A program made the translations under genes and the position numbers. A stretch of DNA of 63,006 nt, the filler included, from Octopus bimaculoides (taxonomy: Eukaryota), in NCBI RefSeq assembly GCF_001194135.2. It is 6 parts of 5 records of this genome, joined end to end, with 100 filler letters (N's around TTAATTAATTAA, not from the genome) between each part and the next. Parts side by side here need not be neighbours in the genome. Positions count along the whole stretch, not along the records: positions 44,417 to 55,786 come from NC_068983.1; positions 55,887 to 60,669 come from NW_026349582.1; positions 60,770 to 63,006 come from NC_069002.1; 3 more parts are not named here. One strand, written 5' to 3'. A model generated the notes under the pieces. That model saw nothing but the letters and a program-made list of their open reading frames with translations. It made no database searches and was not told the origin of the DNA. Positions within the stretch are counted from its first letter, which is position 1. Each line of letters opens with the position of its first letter. Shown one piece after another: positions 49,000-60,965 of this stretch.

Positions 49000-50230
49000 T
49001 GCGTAGAAGTAAGTGTATATACTTATATACAAGTATATAAATGTATCAATGTTTGTTGGCACGTCTGCTGTTTACTGGCTATCAATTATCTCATGTAAGG
49101 AATTCGGTAAACAAGTGTGTATGTAAAGTACTAAGTTTCCATCGTGCTATAAGGTGTACACCAGTACATTCGTAGTATGGAGGCAGGTAGGCGGCATTGT
49201 GTACGCGCACTGTGCTTGTGTGAGTGCGCGCGTGTGAGTCTGTGTGTGTGTGTGTGTGTCTGTGTGTACGTGTGTGTACGCGCGCGCGCGGGTGTTTGCA
49301 CGCCGATATCAAGCGACATTTGCTTACTACAGCTTACATCAGATGTAATTCAGAGGCTACCACTATAACAAACCACATTATCACGAACCATCCCGTAAGT
49401 GTATACGCGCGTCTGTATTTCTGTGTGTGTGTGTATGTGTGTGTGTGTGTGTGCGCGCGCGTGTGCGTGTGTGTGCGTGTGTGTGTGTGCGTGTGTGTGT
49501 GCGTGTATGTGTGTTTGTGTGTGTGTGTGTGTGTGTGTTTGTGTGTGTGCGTGTGCGTACGTGCGTACGAATAGATACGCGCGTGTATCCGAATGTATTT
49601 GTGTATTTAGCACATCCTTTCAACCCATTAAATCTCATACTGATCTCAATCGCACTATATATCATAGACCCTCAATCAAGCGCTACCTCATGATGAGAAG
49701 CTGACGCCAAACTGATGAACAGTCCGAATCCAGCTTCCGTCAGTCTATGTATTCTCCGCAGGCAGAAATTGTATGATGAGTTTTCCTAGAGCGGCTTACA
49801 TTAGTCAGACGAGAATCTCCTTCTAAATGGGAAGCATTGGTCCCGCCATTCGTCTGCCAGCTTCTTTACTTACCAGAAAGAACAGAAAATAAGATAAAAT
49901 AAATGACAAATAAATAAAATAAATAAATCTCACCCCGTTCCTCGCATCACCCAAACCATCCCATATAGGCTTGTTAATTATCTCTTAGCGTACGTTTAAT
50001 TGAAATATTTCGTTCGAATTGTTTTCTGCATTTCTTTTTCACTACAGTTGACATCATTGATTATTCTGGAATTTTTATTTTATTTTATTTTATTTTAAAT
50101 GTGCATGTGTATGTGCACGTGTGTGTATGAGTGCGCTAATGCAAATACATACATACATACACAAGTATATAGATATGTATGCATTATGTATGTATGTTTG
50201 TATTATGTATGTATGTATGTATTATGTATG

Positions 50231-50270
<40 letters not shown>

Positions 50271-50273
50271 CAT

Positions 50274-50323
<50 letters not shown>

Positions 50324-50545
50324 ANNNNNNNNNNNNNNNNNNNNNNNNNNNNNNNNNNNNNNNNNNNNNNNNNNNNNNNNNNNNNNNNNNNNNNNNNNNN
50401 NNNNNNNNNNNNNNNNNNNNNNNNNNNNNNNNNNNNNNNNNNNNNNNNNNNNNNNNNNNNNNNNNNNNNNNNNNNNNNNNNNNNNNNNNNNNNNNNNNNN
50501 NNNNNNNNNNNATATATATATATATATATATATACATATACACAC

Positions 50546-50606
<61 letters not shown>

Positions 50607-50796
50607 CAGAAATACATACACACACACACACATATACATACATATGCGTACGTAAGTGTATAAATGTGTGTGTGTGTATGTTGCGTGTGTCTAGATGAAT
50701 GCAAACATATATTCTAGTTTACTAGTTCCTTTGTATAAATTTCTCTGTCTCTCTCTTAGTTCTATTTGTTTTTGCCTCTCTTACCTCATTGTACAT

Positions 50797-50836
<40 letters not shown>

Positions 50837-50845
50837 TTATCTCTC

Positions 50846-50927
<82 letters not shown>
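50797..50927. repeat. (TATC)n microsatellite
   Basis: Directly visible. Confidence 0.95.
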
Positions 50928-51278
50928 ACGAGATCTAATTAACTACTCACCTTTCAAACTTTATTTTCTCTCCTCATTCTCTTTCTTTTCTGTTTCTTTT
51001 TTATATTTTGGGGTTTCCTTTAGTTTCGATTTTTTCTATCTTTTGTTCATTTGTTTTCTGCTTATCATTATCTAGATATTATTTTATTACATTTCTGAAT
51101 ATCCATTACTGCGAACGAAACCAAAGTAATACTTTAATATTGATTACAACTTCTGCATCTAAGTATTACTCAAAAAAGAAAGGACAGGTTACATCAACAC
51201 CTAGCTCTTCTTGTTTAACCCAAAGATCAATTTTGATCAAAAGTTTCCGGAACTATGATTGCCTGTCCGCTATTTTTA

Positions 51279-51390
<112 letters not shown>

Positions 51391-51914
51391 TATGTGTTTT
51401 GTGGGGTGAGCTTAATTTGTTTTTAGGGATCTAGTTAAAATGATTCGCAAAATAAGCCCCCTTTAATTTTGCTCTGACTGCTTTCAATTTTGGTGTATCG
51501 ATGCAACGCTGAACTTTGATTACGATCAACCCCATACTTTGTCTTGTAAATTAAAGAATCTGATGTTATTTGGAATTAAAGCTGGGAAATTTGGGTAATT
51601 TTAGCTAATCAACAGACAGTGGGGCATTAACTGCTTGTTACCATGACAACCCCACGTGTTGTGTTGATTCTTCACACCACGAATTTTACTTCGCCCGCTT
51701 GTTTTGTTTTAATAAAAATTTATACTTATCCATTAGAATTTTATTATAGGTATATAATGGTGTTCGTTTCCCCGCTTCTAATATATACTGGGTGCAGGTT
51801 GCACCGGTAACCGGCTGGTGGAGGGTCTGCCTAAGTTAAAACGGTAATAACGTCGAACAGCCATATTGATGTGGCAATAATTACTATTTACTATATGTAT
51901 ATATATTGTTCCTT

Positions 51915-52070
51915 TATGACCCCGTAACTTGGCAGTTCGGCTGAACAGACCGATATGCAAAGTACCAAGCTTAAAAAGAAATAAGTTCTGGTCAAGTTGT
52001 TCCCCTGAAGCCCTTCAAGGAGGTGCTCAGCATGGCCGCAGCTTATTGACTGAAAGAAATAAAAGGTAAT
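51915..52070 (+). mobile_element. SINE family A, 3' fragment
   Basis: CCCCGTAACTTGGCAGTTCGG...GGTGCTCAGCATGGCCGCAG...TGACTGAAA. Confidence 0.7.
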
Positions 52071-53204
52071 GCATCTCCAGATATAAAGTCGGTGGATTAG
52101 TAGAATTCTTAGATCGTCGAACAAAATACCACCACCCCCGGTATTTGTTCCGTCTCTTTGCAAACTGGGTTCAAATCCCTGCGATCACCTTTGCATTTTA
52201 TCTTACAGAAATCGGTAAAAATAAAGCTCTCGTCATGTTATTGAAAAGGATCTAATTGACTGCCAACTTGTGCAATGTGCAAAGCTCCAATCGTCGCTTA
52301 ATCATGGAATCCTAGTGCAAGTAGTGCAACGCACCATTGGGGTACACTGCCGTCGCATAAGTTTTATCTATCTGTACCACCTTACATTACTACCGACCCA
52401 ACGTACACACACGCGCGCGCGCAAAATTTTTCACTCGAAGTGAACCCCATTAAAAAGAGATAATGCAAAAGAAAAAGAAGATATTTCCAGATTTATCGAA
52501 TCAGATGTAACATTAATGATATGAATTAATTTAAAATTACGAGGTAGACATTTTGTTCTAGAACAACTGTCTATAACACTTACCACGATGACGTCACTGT
52601 CATTGACGTAGAGGTGAGATCTCAAGACAAGCTGGGGCCGTCTTGCTTCATTAATAATTTTCCATCAAATATTAAATTGGCGCCAGACGTTAGGGTATGC
52701 TGAATTGGCAACTAACTGAGTTTTGAGAAAAATCTACAAGCTTCTTAAAATGAAGATATGAATTATGTAAATGAAAGACGGCTGTAGTATAAATAAAGAT
52801 AGTTTAGGCAATTATACTATTCTCATAATAGTTGATTGCAAAAAAGAAATTTTCCCTCTCTGTCAGAACCTCAATAAACAGCCCGATTGTGTATAATCAT
52901 CCGGTAACTTCAAGTAGTTGTTAAGAATAAAAACTCAGAGTTTTAAAGTGTAACTGTGAATACATATGAAGTTGATGTTTACTCCTGTTCTTTGTATAAA
53001 TTACTCAAATGTAAAAGGGCAATGCATTCCAGCATTTGACCTAAAAAAAAAATGGGCCGTCTCCACCCTCGATCATATTTGTAGCCTCTGATCATCAGTG
53101 CTGACAAGTCTCATGCTATCTGCATCCAGGCACACTTAACTTATTCATCTTGTCTCCTCCCTTTACCCCCACAAAGTTCCCTGTCCAATAAGCTTCGTAC
53201 TTAA

Positions 53205-54295
53205 AACAGAACGTTAGCCTGGTAGCTTTTGGTAAGCAAACTTTGATCTTGGACCACCAATATGAAATCTTCAGTCTCTGCTTTCAGTGGTTGTTGTTTG
53301 GTCTACATCACCATTTCGGATTCGAAGCATATACTGTACACGCAGGGGCTTCTGGCTCCACCACTCCCCAATTTGTTTCTGCTCGTTCTTTTTTTTTTGC
53401 AGTCTGTTTGATTCGTTCTGCTTTATTCATGGAAGTGGCTTCAGGTTCTTCATCTAATTCAGGGTTAATGCCAGGTTCCCTTGCGAATTTGCAGACTTCA
53501 TTGACTATTGAATGTGATTTTTTGTTGCTTTCGTGTTTGCACACATGCCGCAGCATCTAGTCCTCTGTACTAGATAAGTAATTGTTTGTTGTTATTGTGG
53601 AGGTCTAATAGTAAAGTTCTACCTGCATTATTCCCCTCCCCCATTGTGTCTAGGTAGGTACAGATGATCAGTGTCTGCTTTTGGATGGTGCATGTTCTTA
53701 GATGTTAGTAGATTCCTTGTCTTCCTGTCCAGGCGTTAGAGTTCTGTAGCATTCCAGTTAATGATGCTGAAACTGTATTGGACTACTGGAAATACCACGG
53801 TGTTAATGGCTTCGATGCGATTTTTGGAGTTGAGTTCAGTTTTTAGTCGTATTCTTCTGTAATACTCCTTTCGTATTTTTACCTTCAGAGTAGCATGTTG
53901 CATACCATCTCCTACGTTTATCCCCAGGTAATTATAGCTTTCTTCTGGACAAACTCCTTGATGGTAGTGTCGGCATCTAATTTAATGGAAGTTGTTTGCT
54001 TGAGCTTGCCTCTTACAAAAGTTGCTTTAGCACACTTATCAAGGCCAAAATCCATCCCGATGTCATTGCTGACTTCTTCAACAGTTGTTAACAGCCCTAC
54101 TAGTTCTTCGTCATTTCTAGCAAACAGCTTTAGATCGTCCATATAAACAGATGATTTACTATAATATTATACATTTTGAACCCATACCTGGTGCTACTCA
54201 GTTCGTTTGAGAATGGGACAAGTACCATGCAAAAGTATAATGGGGAGAAGGAGTCACCTTGAAAGAGCCCTCTTTTGATGCTGATGTTGTTGGTG
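53205..54295 (-). mobile_element. R4/Dong-like LINE RT fragment, truncated and degenerate
   Basis: GLFQGDSFSPLYF...YMDDLKLFARND...DIGMDFGLDKCAKATFVRGK...LYLPRHNGGRG...LKAETEDFI.VVQDQ. The 5' end abuts (AAT)n(AAC)n. Confidence 0.88.
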
Positions 54296-54305
54296 TTGTT
54301 GTTGT

Positions 54306-54336
<31 letters not shown>

Positions 54337-55786
54337 GGCTAGTGGCAGCTGTGCTCTTTGACATTGAAGAGACTGCCACTATTCTGGAGGTGCACAGAGT
54401 GAAAGAAAAAAACTGGTTGGGCATGGAAATGCAACCTCTTGTTCAAATTGAACAAGATAGCATAAATACCATACCCGACGCAATAAACCTGCCAGATGGC
54501 AGTAGAATATACATTGCTGTAGAGGGGCGCAGAACAAAGTGCTACCTCTGCAGCAGTGAAAAACACCTAAAAAAAGACTGCCCCATCTACAAGCAAAGAA
54601 TGGAGGCAGACAAAAATAGAAAATTGCAGCAACAACAACAACAACCAAAAGCCTCGACACCACCAACACCATCACCACCAACACCACGAAAAGCGACACC
54701 ACCATCTCCAGCCATCACCAAACCAACACCAACACCAACACCAACACCAACACCAACACCAACACCAAGAACCTCCACACCAAAGAAGATAACAGAACCA
54801 GCAACAACAACAACAGAAATTGTCAAGGAATCCTCGCCAGATCCGACAAACATTCCCTTTCCAGATCAGATCAGCTCGGATTGTGCGAGCACTGATAGTG
54901 AGAAAGGGAAGTGGCACACTGTTCCACCACAAAAGAAACAATTGACAAAGAGGGGAGGTGCGAAAAAGGTGAGCTTCTTAACATCATCGGCAACAACAAC
55001 ACACACTCACAACAAATAGCAACACCTTCTCCACCGCAAACACCAGCACTCACACACACCACAAACGTAACAGCCATCAACACCAAAAATGAACACTTAT
55101 TAAACTTTTTAAAAAACAGTACAAATGCAAACACCACAAATTTCATTATACCCCTACACAACGCACCACCAGCACACATACTCACACTAAAAATAACCCA
55201 AGAAAACTATAATAAAATAAAAGAAAAGTTTCCGAAAGATGTTGGGTCGCTAGGGAGAAGTTTCTTCCAAAGCCTTTATCGGAATTTAGTGGAAACACCC
55301 ACACGGAAACATAGGGGAGCCACCCCACCAGAAAACAGTAAGTAGAGCCTTTTCTCCTCTAATACTTTCCTTTAAAAAAAAAAAAACATGGTAATTCTCA
55401 GAATCGGAAGCATTAATGTGAGAGGTCTCAGGTCGCCTTGGAAACAGGGTCACCTGTTGAACGACCTGAGGTCTTACGGTGTAGATGTAGCAGCCATTAG
55501 CGAAACCAGGCTCTCCAACCCGCAGGAACTCGCAGCCCTTTTTGGCGGATACGAGATTTTCCTATCTCCGTGTCGGCCGGGAGCGGGCGGTGGAGGTACT
55601 GCGGTGCTATTTCGGAAAGGCCTAGACTTGAAAATAAGGGCAGTCTTCCTGGATCCAGAAGGTAAGTTGGTGGTCCTGGACGTCGATAGTAGTGACGGCG
55701 CTGCTTTCAGACTACTGGCTGCCTACGTTCCGACAGGAGCAGGGCAGTCGGATTATTTCAAACGTCTGGAGGTTTTCCTAGGTACT
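54337..55786 (+). mobile_element. Tx1/L1-like LINE: ORF1 3' part and start of ORF2 (AP endonuclease)
   Basis: ORF1 has the CYLCSSEKHLKKDC knuckle and a Pro/Thr-rich linker (frameshifted, stop at 55345). ORF2 from 55388 reads MVILRIGSINVRGL...VDVAAISETRL...GGGGTAVLFRKG...GKLVVLDV...AYVP and stays open to the scaffold end. Confidence 0.9.
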
Positions 55787-55886
55787 NNNNNNNNNNNNNN
55801 NNNNNNNNNNNNNNNNNNNNNNNNNNNNNNTTAATTAATTAANNNNNNNNNNNNNNNNNNNNNNNNNNNNNNNNNNNNNNNNNNNN
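55787..55886. other. Synthetic scaffold-join spacer
   Basis: 44 N + TTAATTAATTAA + 44 N. Confidence 0.97.
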
Positions 55887-55893
55887 TCCTCAA

Positions 55894-55945
55894 CATTCTG
55901 AAGAGATCTGCCAAACCATTTGGCACATCGAAACGTACGTAAATG
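55894..55945 (+). ncRNA. Type I hammerhead ribozyme motif
   Basis: CAUU-CUGAAGA-GAUCUGCCAA-ACCAU-UUGGCACAUC-GAAA-CGUACGU-A-AAUG: 9 of 10 bp in helix II, palindromic ACGUACGU helix III, GUA site. Confidence 0.75.
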
Positions 55946-56679
55946 ACTCATTATATAATCTCCACACAATTAAATCAATGGCTAACTAGCCCAGTTGACT
56001 TGCTTCTTCTTGTGTTTGTTTCTCCACTCTCCACATAACTATAATTATAAACTGCGGTTTAAACAATAAATTACCTGCCTCTGGATACCTTCTAACGAAG
56101 ACGGTACCCACACAAGTAATTCCCAGGAGTGCCTCCGGATTTAAATATCCCCTGGTTGCTTGGATACTTCAGACTACCCCTGAAATATTGAAGCAATCCT
56201 ATCATTTACCTATATATATATATATATTTTACTGTAATGAGTATATATGTCACTTGAATACAGAAGTTGTTTGTGGTTATTTAATTGACGTGTGTGCATG
56301 TGTATACATGTATATGTGTGTGTATTCATATATAATGCACGCACATACCCACACAGAGCCAGTCAGTGATTGAACTACCACGAAATTGCACAAACTACTA
56401 AAAATTGCACCTAAGCAATTTTACAACAGAAAGCCTTTGACGTAGATAAGGATTAGAAGGTACCGCCTGTGAGGTGTTGCCATGGTTGCAACGTGTGTGT
56501 GTTTGTGTGTTTGACCACACATATCATTTACATATTTCAAGGAATATCTGATAAGAATATTTTACTAACTACTGCATATACCACATTGACACTGAACAAT
56601 TCTGGAGTTGAAAAACCCACAAAGCGAACCGAAACGAATAGAAAGACATAAAGAAATAAGAGCAAGTGACAGGTAAATA

Positions 56680-56819
<140 letters not shown>

Positions 56820-56886
56820 AAATCTACCTATGTATGTATATGCTTTGATCAATGAGACGAACAGATGGAAGATACGATAACTTTAT

Positions 56887-56996
56887 TAATCATGACAATT
56901 GTTTCGACCCATTTAGCATCGATCCCTCACGGGTGGTGTAATTGTCAACTTCTTTAGGGGCATCCCTCGGTGCGGATGTGTCTCATCAGTTGATAA
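56887..56996 (-). ncRNA. Hammerhead motif with 77-nt helix II domain
   Basis: UUAUCAA-CUGAUGA-GACACAU...AUGGGUC-GAAA-CAAUUGU-C-AUGAUUA. Palindromic ACAAUUGU helix III, GUC site, helix I with 5 of 7 pairs. Confidence 0.65.
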
Positions 56997-57296
56997 GATA
57001 TAACTCATTAAGATATAACAATTAACGATTTGTTCCGCGAGGTAATTTCTCGGTTTGTGTATAAACAAAGCAGTAAATTAAAGGATGCACCTTCATTTAT
57101 AGAAAAGATCATGAATAAAAAATAACAGATGCAGAAAAAAAAACGAATGCACAATACAACAAAAAACGTGTTAAATATAACCGTTAGCAGAAGTGGATGT
57201 ATAAAGCCCTTCACGTAGGTTGTATGGCGCATATACACTCGCTCATAGAAACATCCGCGAGGATTTAAGCATATGCACATACACATTTATGTATCC

Positions 57297-57985
57297 ACTG
57301 TGTCAGACTGCTGATACTCAGAGCCCTGTGTACAGATCTGTATCATGTTTCTAAAAAAATCTTAGCAACATGTTACAGATATTTGAAGTTAAGCTATTTT
57401 TACAAGAAGTTTTCCGCTTGATCTCTGTCTATTACAAAGTGAAAGCAAAAACATTACGAAGCAGGTTTATGAAACAAATTGAAAGCAAAACATTACAAGG
57501 AAATTTATAAATTGTTTAAATATGTTTTAATGAATAAATTTATATGAAACTGTGAAAGAGGTATGAAGTTGTTTTAAAAAAGAAAAATCTTTCACAAAAA
57601 TATTTGCGAAAAATTACGCAAAACACCGAAATAGATAATATATGAGGGTATGGGATAGGATTTAAGTTTAGGGTTTAGTGTTAAGGCCAAGTTTAGTGTG
57701 AGGTTGTAGAGTTAAGGATAGGATTAGGGTTAAGATCAAGATGAGGTTTTAGAGTTAAGATTAGGGTTAGAGTTTAGGGAAAGTGTTAATGCCTCGATGA
57801 AATTTTATAATTAGAATTAGGTTTGAGGCTTGGTTTAGCGTAAGAATTTTCTGATGCAGTCAAAGTTAAGGTTAGAGTCGGGTTTAGTTTTCGGCTTAAT
57901 GTTAGGATTCTATGATATGGTTAAAGTTAAGGTTAGGCTTAGGAATAGAGTTTGAGGCGTTGTTAAAGAAGATACATAGGGTAAA
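57297..57985 (+). mobile_element. Non-autonomous repeat with degenerate TTAGGG-like tract, copy 1
   Basis: Homologous to 59251-59719. Internal AAAGTGAAAGCAAAAACATTA subrepeats, then a TTAGGG/TTAGAG/TTAAGG-rich tract. Confidence 0.7.
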
Positions 57986-58063
57986 AGAAAAATACATTGG
58001 CTAAGAGTAAATACATACACACACAAACACACACACATATATATACATGTATGTGTCTGTGTG

Positions 58064-58097
<34 letters not shown>

Positions 58098-58264
58098 GTT
58101 GTGTATTTATATATCGGTGGCTGTGTCTCGAATCTGAGAAATCGGAGACCGTCTGTGTTCTGCAATTCCTTGCTGAACAACATGCACACACCATTTGTTT
58201 ATAACGATCGAAAACTTGTGTTTCACATTAACTCACTCCTTCCATCAAACCGATGTTGCTTTTA

Positions 58265-58485
58265 CAGTTGCACGGTCAGTCACACGTCAAGTGTTAAAGT
58301 GTTCACAGAGCGAGTATCACGTATACTCACTGTTAATTACAAAGTGAAAGCAAAAACATTATTGCGTCGTAGTTTTATTCAACAAAATGAAAGCAAATAA
58401 TTGCGACAAAGAAAGTTGTAAAATACTCCAGTAAATTTTAATAAGTTCGTGTATACATACATACATACATACATACATACATACA
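58265..58485 (+). mobile_element. Related short repeat with stem-loop and (TACA)n end, copy 1
   Basis: Homologous to 59725-59945; shares the AAAGTGAAAGCAAAAACATTA subrepeat with 57297-57985. Confidence 0.65.
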
Positions 58486-59028
58486 GTCGCAAATCCTGCT
58501 TCCTTCATTCTTCTTTTCTTTCTCTCACTCTGTCACTTCTATTCTAGCCTTTCTACGTACTCCCCTTCTGTCTCTCCCTCTTCTATTCTTAGCCTTTCTC
58601 CTCCCCTTTCATCCACTTCCCCTTCTCATCTCTGTCGTTCCCTCTCCCTGCTCTCTTTCTCCTCTGTTTGCTGCTGTCATGTAACCAGAGGCCAGTGCTT
58701 CTTTTTCTTCCTTTCTTAGACTGGTCCCTTAGCTGACTAGTCACAAATTCTGTCTGTCCGTTCTTCATTCTTGTAAACATTTTCGAAGCGTTACCCACAG
58801 TTCTCGTCTCTTTGCTCTTGCCCCTAATTCTACGCAAGAAAACTTTTTTTGCGGGCACCGCCAATTGAGAAGCTCTGTCTTTTTCTTAAAGGTGCAAAAC
58901 TGAACAGTACCATTGGTCGATATTTGATGAAGAATTATTGACTTTCTGTTTGTCTCCCGTTCGTTTTTGCATTCAGTATACGTTCCGTCGTTTGTTTATA
59001 CATTTTTCATTTATGTACATATATAAAT

Positions 59029-59063
<35 letters not shown>

Positions 59064-59066
59064 TGT

Positions 59067-59097
<31 letters not shown>

Positions 59098-59250
59098 TGT
59101 ATGTATATACCTATATTAAACTGTCTATATATCTGACTGTCATCGGTTTTCTGTCGTAAGTCAATGTTGACGATTCTCTTCAGAAAAAAGAGCTTCCGTT
59201 TCAGGCGTAGTCACTGATCCTTGAAAATGACCCCCACGGAAACTTGCACC

Positions 59251-59719
59251 ACTGTTTCAGATTGCTGGTACTTAGAGCCCTATATTTAGATCTGAAACAT
59301 GTTTCTAAAAAATCGTAGCAACATAATGTTTAAAGTGTGGCTATTTTTACGAGAAGTTTTTCACTTGATCACTGTCTATTACAAAGTGAAAGCAAAAATA
59401 TTACGACGCAGTTTATTAAACAAAATGAAAGCAAAGTATTACAACGAAAGTTATGAATTGTTTTAATATAATTCAATGAATAAATTTATGTGAATCAATA
59501 GAACATGTATGTAATTGATCTAAAAAGGAAAAGTCCTTAACAAAAGTCATTGCGAAAATTTACGCAAAAAGACCAAATCGATAATACGTGAGGGTATGGG
59601 ATAGGATTTACGATAGGTTTAAGGGTTAGTGTTAGGGCCAAGGTTATTGCAAGGTTGTGGAGTTAAGGATAGGATTTGAGTTAAGATCAAGATGAGGTTT
59701 TAGAGTCAAAATTAGGGTT
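59251..59719 (+). mobile_element. Non-autonomous repeat with degenerate TTAGGG-like tract, copy 2
   Basis: See copy 1 at 57297-57985. Confidence 0.7.
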
Positions 59720-59724
59720 GCTTG

Positions 59725-59921
59725 TACAGTTGGACGGTGTGCCACACATCAGGTGTTAAAGTGTTCATAGAGCGAGCATTTCGCATGCTCACTGTCAATT
59801 CCAAAGTGAAGGGAAAAACATTATTACGTCGTAGTTTTATTAAAGAAAATGGAAGCAATTGAAAACGAAACTTGTAAAATATTTCAATAAGTTTTAATGA
59901 ATGACGTCGTGTATACATACA

Positions 59922-59945
<24 letters not shown>
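59725..59945 (+). mobile_element. Related short repeat with stem-loop and (TACA)n end, copy 2
   Basis: See copy 1 at 58265-58485. Confidence 0.65.
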
Positions 59946-59955
<10 letters not shown>

Positions 59956-59971
59956 CATGTATATATATATA

Positions 59972-60012
<41 letters not shown>

Positions 60013-60470
60013 TTATACATAAATATGTATACATGTATATGTATATCTATATATATATATAAATATATATACAGGACCCGAAATTTTTATACAGTCTCTG
60101 TATCTCTCTGTGTTTATGCGTTTGCCCACAGTGTTACCATCGTGGACGCTGCTTTTGTCGTTGCTAGTCGTGTTGTCGATATTATTGCGAGCGCCTGTGA
60201 ACTTATTGTGTGTGTGTTTGTGTGCGTATGTGTTCGCAATCTTATGGTGTTTGCATCCATGCCTTTTATACAGATTTATTGATCTATTTATTCATTTATT
60301 CTTTTTTAACTCTCTGTTTCTTATGTTTATCGTGAGTATGTGACAAATATATTTATTTTTCTTCTTTTTCTTTATATTTATCTATCTCTGTTCCTTAAAT
60401 GTATCACGGGTTTGTGCATATATGTCTATTGTGTGTGTATTACCCTGTTTGTATCTGTGTTCTATTTACT

Positions 60471-60669
60471 ACTAGCAGTATAACCCGACCTTGTCCCGGT
60501 GTGACTTATTACGCCATCTACGATAAGTCTTGCTAGGTGAAAATCAACTAAAAAAGAAAGCCTTACAACGAAAAAACCCTTATGATGTAAATATGTTCAT
60601 AATTCAAAAGACGATGAAATTAATGGGGGAAGTCTGAAGACTGTTTTGCGTAAAATTATTAAGCGTACG
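60471..60669 (+). mobile_element. Possible Helitron-like non-autonomous element terminus
   Basis: ACTAGCAGTATAACCCGACCTTGTCCCGG resembles the ACTAG..CCCG..CCCGG ends of animal non-autonomous Helitron-type repeats. Motif-level evidence only. Confidence 0.35.
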
Positions 60670-60769
60670 NNNNNNNNNNNNNNNNNNNNNNNNNNNNNNN
60701 NNNNNNNNNNNNNTTAATTAATTAANNNNNNNNNNNNNNNNNNNNNNNNNNNNNNNNNNNNNNNNNNNN
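60670..60769. other. Synthetic scaffold-join spacer
   Basis: 44 N + TTAATTAATTAA + 44 N. Confidence 0.97.
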
Positions 60770-60891
60770 TATTTAGGTATATATATGGATATATATGGAT
60801 GTGTGTGGATGTGTGTGGATGTTTGAGACAGAGCGAGCATATGTATGCAAATGTGTGTGTTTGACAGAGCGAGAGCATGTATGCAAATGTA

Positions 60892-60965
<74 letters not shown>

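Noticed and set aside
49700-49900. GC-richer segment with GTAAGT on the minus strand
   Set aside because: No consistent open frame with both splice sites; unassignable.
57000-57110. GIY-YIG C-terminal remnant upstream of the 56887 hammerhead
   Set aside because: Similarity (NLLLCLY...RNKSL) is too weak to call by eye.
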